This document shows, one piece after another, positions 56,796 through 64,000 of a DNA stretch of 64,000 nt. Every line of letters begins with the position of its first letter. Position 1 is the first letter of the stretch. The notes under the pieces were generated by a model. The model did no database searches, was not told where the DNA came from, and was given only the letters and a program-made list of their open reading frames with translations. The stretch is from assembly GCA_001779115.1 (NCBI GenBank), contig MFJF01000015.1, positions 86,491 to 150,490 of the forward strand, in the 5' to 3' direction. The position numbers and the translations under genes were made by a program. Source of the stretch: Candidatus Gottesmanbacteria bacterium RIFCSPHIGHO2_01_FULL_40_15. GTDB taxonomy: Bacteria > Patescibacteriota > Microgenomatia > 2-02-FULL-39-11.

Positions 56796-57527
56796 ATGAA
56801 TAAACCGTACATATTAATACTGCACGGCTGGAACCTGTCCGGAAAAAGATTTACTCCGCTGGTAAAATTTTTAAATCGCATGAACTTCAGGGCTTTTTCA
56901 CCTGATCTGCCCGGTTTTGGCAGGACACAAAAGCCGAAAAAGTTTTACATGCTTGATGACTATTGCCGTTTTGTCAATTCCTTTTTGGACTTAAAAAAGA
57001 TTGACAGCGTCGTCCTCGTCGGTCATTCTTTCGGAGGCCGGATCGCCATTAAAATGGCCGCCCGTTATCCTCAAAAAATTAAGGCAGTTATTCTGACCGG
57101 TACACCGGGGCTTTTGCCCGTAAAAAAGGTTAAAGTCCTTTTTTTCCTGGGACTGGCTAAAGCCGGCCGGTTGATTTTCTTACTGCCTTTCCTGTCAGTC
57201 CTTAAAAAAATTTTTCAGAAACTGCTTTATCGCCTGTCAGGTGCTGCTGATTACTATCATACAGACCAGCGGATGCGCCTGACTTTCCAAAATATCGTCA
57301 GGGAAGATCTCCGCGGATATTTGACTGAAATAGGAAAGCCTGTTTTCCTCTTGTGGGGAGGACGTGACAGGATTGTTTCACCAAAAATTGCCGTTGAAAT
57401 GAAAAACCTGGTAAAAGGCAGTGAACTGCAAATCGTCGATACACAGGGGCATGATTTTCCCTATATTAATCCGCAAATCTTCAGCAAAAAAATTGCACAG
57501 TTTCTGAAAAAGATACATGCTGTATAA
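56796..57527 (+). CDS. Alpha/beta-hydrolase fold protein
   Basis: 'ILHGWNLSGKRF' and the nucleophile elbow 'LVGHSFGGRIA'. Confidence 0.6.
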   Translation: MNKPYILILHGWNLSGKRFTPLVKFLNRMNFRAFSPDLPGFGRTQKPKKFYMLDDYCRFVNSFLDLKKIDSVVLVGHSFGGRIAIKMAARYPQKIKAVILTGTPGLLPVKKVKVLFFLGLAKAGRLIFLLPFLSVLKKIFQKLLYRLSGAADYYHTDQRMRLTFQNIVREDLRGYLTEIGKPVFLLWGGRDRIVSPKIAVEMKNLVKGSELQIVDTQGHDFPYINPQIFSKKIAQFLKKIHAV

Positions 57528-59133
57528 TTTTGTTCTCATTGTTTTTACCGCCGCGTTCATTTTTAGGACAGTCAAAACCCTTTTTTTCCATATTTTTCTG
57601 TGGCAGTTGAAAGAATTCCGTCCGGACAGAATTATTGCGCATCTGAAAACAGATTACGGCAAAAAGCTGCTGGTTAATCCTTTAAATATTATCAAATGGA
57701 TACTTTTTATTGTTATTTACTCAATTTCGCTTATAAATATAAACCTGGTGGAAGTTCCCTTCAGTTTCCACATTATTATTTATTCTTTTTATTTATTTTG
57801 GTTTATTTGGCTGATTGAAACTATTAGTATTCCTTTTGCCGTACTGCGATTAAGATTTAAATATCCCGTACCCACGGTAAAAAGCTTTTCAGTTCTGGTT
57901 TTTTCCTCAGTACTTTTACTTTTTCCCTTTATAAGTAACCCGCTTGAAGGCATGCTGCTCCTGGGCCCTCTTTTTGACCGGTTATTGCCCCTTTTTGTTT
58001 TTATTGCTGTTGTTCTGGTAAATATTCCGGCTCAAATTTATAAAGGACTGATTGTTTTTCTGGCAGCCAGAAAAATTAATAATTTCACTGGTGTGAGTAA
58101 AATCGCTATCACCGGCAGTTACGGCAAGACGTCCACCAAGGAATTTTTAGCGGCTCTGTTGATGTCAAAATACAAAACGCTTAAAACACCCGGAAGTTTC
58201 AATACCGACTATTCTGTTGCCGCATTTATTAACAGTAAATTAACTCCGGCTGATGATTTTCTCATTGTTGAAATGGGCGCTTATACCCGCGGAGAGATCA
58301 AAAGACTATGCCGGATTGTAAAGCCTGAGGCTGGTATCATTACCGGCATCGGATCACAGCATCTGGAGCTGTTCGGTTCCGTTTCCAATCTGATTTCGGC
58401 TAAGGCTGAGCTGATTACTGCTTTGCCCCAAAACGGTATAATTGTAATTAATGTTAACAACGTGCATTCAGGGAAAATTGAAAAAATTGCCAAAGAAAGA
58501 GGACTCCGGCTTATTACTGCGGATATAAAACGGGATGTCAGGGACGTAAAAATCGGAAAAAATTATTTATCTTTCAGCCTTAAATTAAATAAAAAGATTC
58601 TTCCTCTGAAGTTTAATCTGGCAGGAAAAAACAATTTAGAAAATCTGTTGTTGGCAATAAAAACAGCTTACGCATTTGGCATGTCTGAGTATGAAATTAA
58701 AAAAGCATCCCGGAATATCCGGCCTCCTCTCAAAACAATGAACGTCATAAAACAGACTTCCGATATAACCCTTATTGATGATACATTCAATGTCAATTAC
58801 GAGGGTATAATATCATCCGCCGCTTACATGAAGCTTTATAAAGGACTCCGGGTGCTTGTGTTAAATCCGATAATCGAATTGGGAGAGATGGCTCAGAATC
58901 TTCACTTTAAAATCGGAAAAGAATTAGGCCATGTTTGTGATTATTTGCTGGTAACAAACCGCAATTATTTTAACAATCTTTCGGAAGGCCTAAAAAAAGG
59001 CAACCGTAAAAATACCGTAATTCTTCCGGCTGATAAATTGTCGATATCGCAGGTCCGCCGGAAATTATTTTCCGATTCAGTAGTAATTTTTTCCGGAAAG
59101 GAATCGGCTAAATGGATCAAATATTTCAGTTAG
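57517..59133 (+). CDS. murF: MurF-like Mur ligase (UDP-MurNAc-tripeptide:D-Ala-D-Ala ligase) with an N-terminal ~180-aa polytopic membrane domain
   Basis: Residues 1-~180 form 4-5 predicted TM helices. Residues ~190 onward carry 'KIAITGSYGKTSTKEFLAALL' (MurF P-loop), 'IVEMGA' and a C-terminal Mur ligase domain. Confidence 0.65.
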   Translation: MLYNFVLIVFTAAFIFRTVKTLFFHIFLWQLKEFRPDRIIAHLKTDYGKKLLVNPLNIIKWILFIVIYSISLININLVEVPFSFHIIIYSFYLFWFIWLIETISIPFAVLRLRFKYPVPTVKSFSVLVFSSVLLLFPFISNPLEGMLLLGPLFDRLLPLFVFIAVVLVNIPAQIYKGLIVFLAARKINNFTGVSKIAITGSYGKTSTKEFLAALLMSKYKTLKTPGSFNTDYSVAAFINSKLTPADDFLIVEMGAYTRGEIKRLCRIVKPEAGIITGIGSQHLELFGSVSNLISAKAELITALPQNGIIVINVNNVHSGKIEKIAKERGLRLITADIKRDVRDVKIGKNYLSFSLKLNKKILPLKFNLAGKNNLENLLLAIKTAYAFGMSEYEIKKASRNIRPPLKTMNVIKQTSDITLIDDTFNVNYEGIISSAAYMKLYKGLRVLVLNPIIELGEMAQNLHFKIGKELGHVCDYLLVTNRNYFNNLSEGLKKGNRKNTVILPADKLSISQVRRKLFSDSVVIFSGKESAKWIKYFS

Positions 59134-59139
59134 TATCTT

Positions 59140-60396
59140 ATGTTCAAGCGCCCAATCGCCATCGGTTTATCCCCCAATAATCAGGCTGATGATCTAAAGT
59201 ACGTATATAAGGCATTATTCAGCCCCAACTGTTTTAAATCCGGTAAATTTACCGGTCTGCTGTCATCCTGGTTCATGGATTATCTGAAATCCGATAATGT
59301 GTTTTTTTTCAATAGCGGCAGATCGGCCCTTTTCTGTCTTTTGAAGAGCTTATCAATCGGTCCGGGAGATGAAGTTATTGTCCAGGCATTTACTTGTGTA
59401 GCCGTACCTGATCCCGTTATCTGGGTCGGTGCCAGACCCGTTTTTACCGATATCGACGCCAGTTTAAATATCAAAATAGAATCATTGGAAAAAGCTGTCA
59501 ACAATAAAACGAAGGCAATAATTGTTCAACATACTTTCGGAATTCCTGCAAATATTAACAAGATCAAAAAAATTGCTCAAAAATACGGTATTTACGTGAT
59601 AGAAGACTGCGCGCACTCCTTGGGAGCGGAATTGGATAATCGGAAAATCGGCGCATTGGCCGATGCTGCCTTTTTTAGTTTCGGCAGAGATAAGGTTGTT
59701 TCTTCAGTTTACGGCGGAGCCGCCGTAATTTATAATAATGATAAGGCAAAGCGTATACTTTCCCGCCTTCACCGCAGTCTTCCGAAACCGTCCCTCTTTT
59801 GGATTTTCCGGCAGCTTCTGCACCCGCTTGCTTTTTCAGTGATTCTGCCTTTTTATAATGTACATATCGGTAAAGTTATTCTGTTTCTGCTATTTAAGAT
59901 GAAATTGCTGCAAAAGCCCGTCGAGAAATGTGAACTTATTGCCGGAAAACCGGATAATTTTCCGGCGCAAATGCCGGATGTATTGGCCGGACTTCTCTTA
60001 AGCCAGCTGTTAAAACTGACGAAGTTCAATAAAAATAGAAAAAAAATCGCCGCCAGATATTTTGCCCGGTTAAAAAATTCCCCTGATTTCGGTCTGCCTC
60101 CGGAAATAAAAAATGCGGTATATCTGAGATTTAATATATTGACGGAGGACTCCGCAGATCTTTTGATTTATTTTAAAAAAAGGAAAATACTCCTCGGTAA
60201 CTGGTATAAAAATATTATTGATCCGAAAAACGTGTCTTTCAAAACTTTAGGGTTTAATCCGGATAAATTTATAAACGCACGAAAATTTGCCAGGTTAAGT
60301 CTAAATCTGCCGACTTATCCTAATATGTCCGTTGAAGACGCTGATTTAATTGTCAATCTTTTAAATGAATATGCAGATAAAAAACATCAACGATAA
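59140..60396 (+). CDS. DegT/DnrJ/EryC1/StrS-family aminotransferase (copy 3), embedded in the dcw cluster
   Basis: 'GPGDEVIVQAFTCVAVPDPVIWVGARPVFTDID', 'IIVQHTFG' and 'IEDCAHSLGAE' with a Lys-containing 'FSFGRDK' region. Confidence 0.75.
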   Translation: MFKRPIAIGLSPNNQADDLKYVYKALFSPNCFKSGKFTGLLSSWFMDYLKSDNVFFFNSGRSALFCLLKSLSIGPGDEVIVQAFTCVAVPDPVIWVGARPVFTDIDASLNIKIESLEKAVNNKTKAIIVQHTFGIPANINKIKKIAQKYGIYVIEDCAHSLGAELDNRKIGALADAAFFSFGRDKVVSSVYGGAAVIYNNDKAKRILSRLHRSLPKPSLFWIFRQLLHPLAFSVILPFYNVHIGKVILFLLFKMKLLQKPVEKCELIAGKPDNFPAQMPDVLAGLLLSQLLKLTKFNKNRKKIAARYFARLKNSPDFGLPPEIKNAVYLRFNILTEDSADLLIYFKKRKILLGNWYKNIIDPKNVSFKTLGFNPDKFINARKFARLSLNLPTYPNMSVEDADLIVNLLNEYADKKHQR

Positions 60397-61387
60397 AAAA
60401 TTATGGGAGGAGTTAATTTCCCGGTACTCTCCCCAAAGCTTCTTTCAATCCTGGACATGGGGTGAATCTGTCAGGTTGACTGGTCCAAATACTCAAGTCT
60501 GGCGCATAGCCCTGGTAACCGGTGATGGGGAAATTGCCGGTCTTTCCCAGATTGTCAAAGTTGTTGCCCGGCGCGGTATTCACCTGCATCTGCGTCACGG
60601 TCCCGTGCTGAAAAATTGGAAAAGGAAAAGTTTTCACTTTTTGTTGGAATATATTAAGAGACTCGCCTTGAGAGAAAAAGCCGCTTTTATCCGTTTCGGG
60701 CCTTTGATTGAAAATACTCCGGATCATCTAGCTTTATTTAAGAAAGCGGGTTTTGTTGATGCTCCAATTCACCGAATGAACGGAGAATTCTGTTGGGTGC
60801 TTGATCTGGATAAAAATGCGGATGAATTACTTAAAAATATGCGTAAAACTACCAGATATTTGATAAAAAAAGCAACAAATATGGGTGTTATCATCCGTCG
60901 GTCGGAAAGTCCGGGCGACATGGCCATTTTTAATAAATTATATGAAATTACAGCTAAAAGGCACGGTTTTGTCAGGCACAGGGAAGTCAAATGGGAGTTT
61001 GAAAAGTTTGTTAAAGAAAAAAAAGCTTTGCTGTTTTTAGGGGAATTTGAAGGGGAAATTAAATCCGCCGCCGTTATAATTTTTTATAACCATCAGGCAA
61101 TCTATCATCACAGCGCTTCAATCGAACAAAAGATACCTGTTAATTACCTCCTCCAGTGGCATGTTATTCTGGAAGCCAAAAAAAGAAACATGAAAATATA
61201 TAATTTTTGGGGAATAGCCCCGGATGAAAATCCCCGCCATCCCTGGACCAATCTCACTATTTTCAAAAAAGGTTTTGGCGGAAGAACGGTTGAATATATT
61301 CATGCCCAGGATCTGCCTGTGAACATTTTGGGCTATACGAAATCTTATTTATTGGATTATGGAAGAAAACTTCTGAAAGGTTACTGA
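60365..61387 (+). CDS. FemAB-family (aminoacyl-tRNA-dependent peptidoglycan branch peptidyltransferase) / GNAT-fold protein
   Basis: 340 aa. 'FFQSWTWGE...' N-terminus and a duplicated GNAT-like layout with 'AAVIIFYNHQAIYHHSAS' and 'YNFWGI' typical of the FemAB/MurM family. Confidence 0.6.
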   Translation: MNMQIKNINDKKLWEELISRYSPQSFFQSWTWGESVRLTGPNTQVWRIALVTGDGEIAGLSQIVKVVARRGIHLHLRHGPVLKNWKRKSFHFLLEYIKRLALREKAAFIRFGPLIENTPDHLALFKKAGFVDAPIHRMNGEFCWVLDLDKNADELLKNMRKTTRYLIKKATNMGVIIRRSESPGDMAIFNKLYEITAKRHGFVRHREVKWEFEKFVKEKKALLFLGEFEGEIKSAAVIIFYNHQAIYHHSASIEQKIPVNYLLQWHVILEAKKRNMKIYNFWGIAPDENPRHPWTNLTIFKKGFGGRTVEYIHAQDLPVNILGYTKSYLLDYGRKLLKGY

Positions 61388-61436
61388 AGTAACGTTAAAA
61401 GAAGCGGAAATAAGCTATAATGGCAATACAATCAGT

Positions 61437-61814
61437 ATGGAGCGCTTGAAAAAACATCATATTTCATTCAAAAACGCCTGGTCCGGAGTCCATTGGTCTT
61501 TTACCAGCCAACCCAATTTTATGATCCATCTCATTTTTTCAATAACCGCAGTATTTCTGGGGATCGTACTTGGGATTTCAAAAATCGAATGGTTAATTAT
61601 TATCCTTTCCATAGTTTTTGGATTGGGAGCGGAGATGATTAACACATCAATTGAAGCCATGTGTAATTTAATAACAACCGATTGGAAAAAAGAGGCTAAA
61701 ATTGTCAAGGATGTTTCGGCCGGCATGATGCTGATTATTGCCGTGGGTACATTAATTATCGGACTTATTATTTTTATTCCGAAACTGTTATTAATTCTGC
61801 CCGATTTCTTCTGA
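61437..61814 (+). CDS. dgkA: Diacylglycerol kinase / undecaprenol kinase (DgkA family)
   Basis: 125 aa with three TM helices and 'LGAEMINTSIEAMCNLIT' matching the DgkA 'E..NTAIE...D' active-site signature. Confidence 0.7.
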   Translation: MERLKKHHISFKNAWSGVHWSFTSQPNFMIHLIFSITAVFLGIVLGISKIEWLIIILSIVFGLGAEMINTSIEAMCNLITTDWKKEAKIVKDVSAGMMLIIAVGTLIIGLIIFIPKLLLILPDFF

Positions 61815-61815
61815 T

Positions 61816-62853
61816 ATGGGATTTATTCTGGGTATTTTACTGCTGTCATTTATATTGAATTCTCTTTCAATTATTCCGTTTATAAATCTTCTGTACCGTT
61901 ATAAGTTCAGACGCCAGAACCAGACAACGGTTGATGCATGGGATAAGCCTACTCCAATATTTGATATGTACCACCGTAAAAAAGCCGGCATTCCCATAGG
62001 CGCGGGGTTTCTTTTGATATTGTCAACAACCCTGATTTTCCTGTTTACGTTTCCCGTTATGTATTTTTTTTGGATTCCGTTTACTTCTGTTTATTCCAAT
62101 ATCCAATCGGAGCTCAAAATTCTGCTGACGACTTTTATATCTTTCGGTCTGATAGGGCTTTTTGACGATATTAAAAAGATCTTTTTCGGTAAAAGGGAAA
62201 AATTTTTCGGCTTAAGATTAAGACATAAACTAGTCCTTGAAATAATTCTTTCCCTATTAATCTCATATTGGCTTTACTCAGAGCTGAAGATTAATATTAT
62301 CAACGTTCCATTTCTGGGTGTTATCGATATGGGTGTTTTTTTTGTTCTCTTTTCATCATTTGTCATAATCTCATTTTCCAATGCTTTCAATATCACCGAC
62401 GGATTGGACGGATTAGCCTCGGGGGTATTAATGATATCCCTTATTGCTTTTTGGGTAATATCAAGTTCAATTCTTGATACTCCCTTGACACTGTTTATTG
62501 CCATATGGTTAGGTGGACTTTTGGCTTTCCTCTACTTTAATATATATCCTGCCAGAATTTTCTTGGGTGATGTCGGCGCTTTATCATTTGGGGCGACCTT
62601 AGCTGTTATCGCCCTTATTCTCGGAAAGTCCTTTTTACTGCTTATAATTGGAGGTGTTTTTGTAGCGGAAATTTTCACGTCCCTTATTCAGCTTTTAAGC
62701 AAAAAATACACCGGTAAAAAAATCATGAAAGTAGCGCCTCTTCATCTTTACCTGCAGCATAAAGGTTGGCACGAAACTACGATTGTCTTTCGGGGATGGT
62801 TGGCCACGATTGCATTGGCCGTATTCGGATTGTGGCTGGCTTTTATAAGCTGA
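61816..62853 (+). CDS. mraY: Phospho-N-acetylmuramoyl-pentapeptide transferase
   Basis: 'NAFNITDGLDGLASGV' and 'FLGDVGALSFG' MraY signatures. Polytopic. Confidence 0.85.
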   Translation: MGFILGILLLSFILNSLSIIPFINLLYRYKFRRQNQTTVDAWDKPTPIFDMYHRKKAGIPIGAGFLLILSTTLIFLFTFPVMYFFWIPFTSVYSNIQSELKILLTTFISFGLIGLFDDIKKIFFGKREKFFGLRLRHKLVLEIILSLLISYWLYSELKINIINVPFLGVIDMGVFFVLFSSFVIISFSNAFNITDGLDGLASGVLMISLIAFWVISSSILDTPLTLFIAIWLGGLLAFLYFNIYPARIFLGDVGALSFGATLAVIALILGKSFLLLIIGGVFVAEIFTSLIQLLSKKYTGKKIMKVAPLHLYLQHKGWHETTIVFRGWLATIALAVFGLWLAFIS

Positions 62854-62881
62854 CGTAAAATGTTCCAGTTTTTCTGTACTC

Positions 62882-63994
62882 ATGAAAAAATCCAAAAATC
62901 TGACTTACCTTACGCAGAAAAAAAAATCTGATTTCTGGTTATTGCTTCTGACTTTCGCTTTTACGTTTTTTGGAATTCTTATGATATTTGAAGCATCCAA
63001 TGTGGCCGCATTTGTATCTTTCAATGATAAATTTCATTTTGTTAAAGACCAATTTCTTTGGGCAGTCCTGGGTTTTATTCTTTTGATAATATTTTCCAAA
63101 ATCCATTACCGGAAGCTTTTCGTTATGGCTGTCCCCATGCTGACAGTTACTATTATTGCCCTTATCGCTGTGCTGATTCCCGGCATCGGAATAAAAGCTC
63201 TGGGTGCCAGGCGCTGGATAAATCTGAGCTTTTTTTCCTTTCAACCCTCGGAATTGGCAAAAATCAGTCTGATTCTGTATTTATCTGCCTGGTTTACCAA
63301 TAAGGAAAAAGGCAGGTTTTTTCACTTTTTATTTCTGACGGGTCTGATTGTCGGTCTGGTTATTCTTCAGCCGGATTTAGGTACGGCAGTAATTTTAACT
63401 GCCATATTTCTGGCTGTTTATTTTATCTCCAATGCGCCTCTTTTTCATTTTCTCATTTTATTGCCCGGGGCGATTTTATCCGTAATTTTTCTGGCTCTTA
63501 TTTCTCCTTACCGTTACCAAAGACTGATGACGTTTTTTGATCCCAACCGGGATCCTCTTGGAGCTTCATATCATATCAGACAGATATTAATCTCTTTGGG
63601 CTCCGGAGGATTCATCGGATTGGGACTTGGCGCATCCCGCCAAAAATATCAATATCTTCCGGAAGCAACAACAGATTCTATATTCGCCATAATCGGCGAG
63701 GAGGCGGGATTCCTGGGAACATCTTTCATTATTTTATTATTTATCGTCTTTCTATACCGCATTTATCTGATAGTGAAACATTCTCCTGATAATTACGCCC
63801 GGCTTCTTTCATCAGGGATATTGTCGCTGATGGCCTTTCAAATTATCATTAATCTCGGTGCCATGGTTGCCATATTTCCCTTAACGGGTGTTCCCTTGCC
63901 TTTTTTCTCTTATGGCGGTTCCAATCTTATCGTGACTTTATTTTCCGTAGGCATACTTCTTAATATCAGCAAATTTCGGGTCAAAACCAAATAA
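62882..63994 (+). CDS. ftsW: SEDS-family peptidoglycan glycosyltransferase (FtsW/RodA)
   Basis: 370 aa, 10 TM helices, 'LQPDLGTAVIL' and C-terminal 'TGVPLPFFSYGGSNLI' SEDS motifs. It lies directly after mraY. Confidence 0.8.
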   Translation: MKKSKNLTYLTQKKKSDFWLLLLTFAFTFFGILMIFEASNVAAFVSFNDKFHFVKDQFLWAVLGFILLIIFSKIHYRKLFVMAVPMLTVTIIALIAVLIPGIGIKALGARRWINLSFFSFQPSELAKISLILYLSAWFTNKEKGRFFHFLFLTGLIVGLVILQPDLGTAVILTAIFLAVYFISNAPLFHFLILLPGAILSVIFLALISPYRYQRLMTFFDPNRDPLGASYHIRQILISLGSGGFIGLGLGASRQKYQYLPEATTDSIFAIIGEEAGFLGTSFIILLFIVFLYRIYLIVKHSPDNYARLLSSGILSLMAFQIIINLGAMVAIFPLTGVPLPFFSYGGSNLIVTLFSVGILLNISKFRVKTK

Positions 63995-64000
63995 ATATGT

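Noticed and set aside
1-64000. Search for CRISPR arrays, rRNA/tRNA genes, and transposase/integrase genes
   Set aside because: No non-coding gap exceeds about 230 bp. No periodic repeat-spacer structure, no tRNA-like cloverleaf candidates in the gaps, and no ORF with DDE/tyrosine-recombinase features was seen.

Overview
The window is a dense, low-GC (~40%) bacterial chromosome segment with tightly packed genes that often overlap by 4 bp. The compact operons suggest a small-genome monoderm or CPR/Patescibacteria-like organism, but that is inference only. Four blocks are visible. (1) Positions 16-37662 hold one ~37-kb, almost uninterrupted plus-strand glycoconjugate assembly locus of about 33 genes. 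It contains two DegT-family sugar aminotransferases, five GT2 and six GT4 glycosyltransferases, and at least five GT-C-type polytopic membrane proteins (PMT/ArnT-like, DUF2142-like, DUF2079-like). It also has two Wzx-like flippases and a candidate Wzy-like membrane protein, two LtaS/sulfatase-family paralogs, three SAM methyltransferases and a hexapeptide acetyltransferase. A ManC GDP-mannose pyrophosphorylase, a Ppm1-like polyprenol-phosphate-mannose synthase, a small PglC/WbaP-type initiating phosphoglycosyltransferase and a DUF4012 protein complete the set. Two unusual fusions stand out: a kinase-methyltransferase (WbdD-like logic, reversed domain order) and a 1030-aa O-antigen-ligase-domain plus GT-C fusion. 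(2) Positions 37.7-41.7 kb carry housekeeping genes (a truncated recO, glyQS) and cell-envelope hypotheticals, including a PilM/FtsA-like actin-fold-TM-LytR_C fusion. (3) Positions 41707-44374 form a compositionally distinct two-gene minus-strand unit (a TMTC-like membrane+TPR protein and a hypothetical). (4) From 44.4 kb to the end is a dcw/peptidoglycan cluster: a promoter with a putative MraZ operator, then mraZ-rsmH-ftsL-ftsI-murE-pgeF-murC-murB-murA-(glmU-like)-glmS-hydrolase-murF-degT-femAB-dgkA-mraY-ftsW. MurF carries an N-terminal membrane domain, and a third DegT aminotransferase plus a FemAB-family gene sit between murF and mraY. No rRNA, tRNA, CRISPR array or transposase was recognisable. 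All protein-family calls rest on motif recognition by eye, since no searches could be run.
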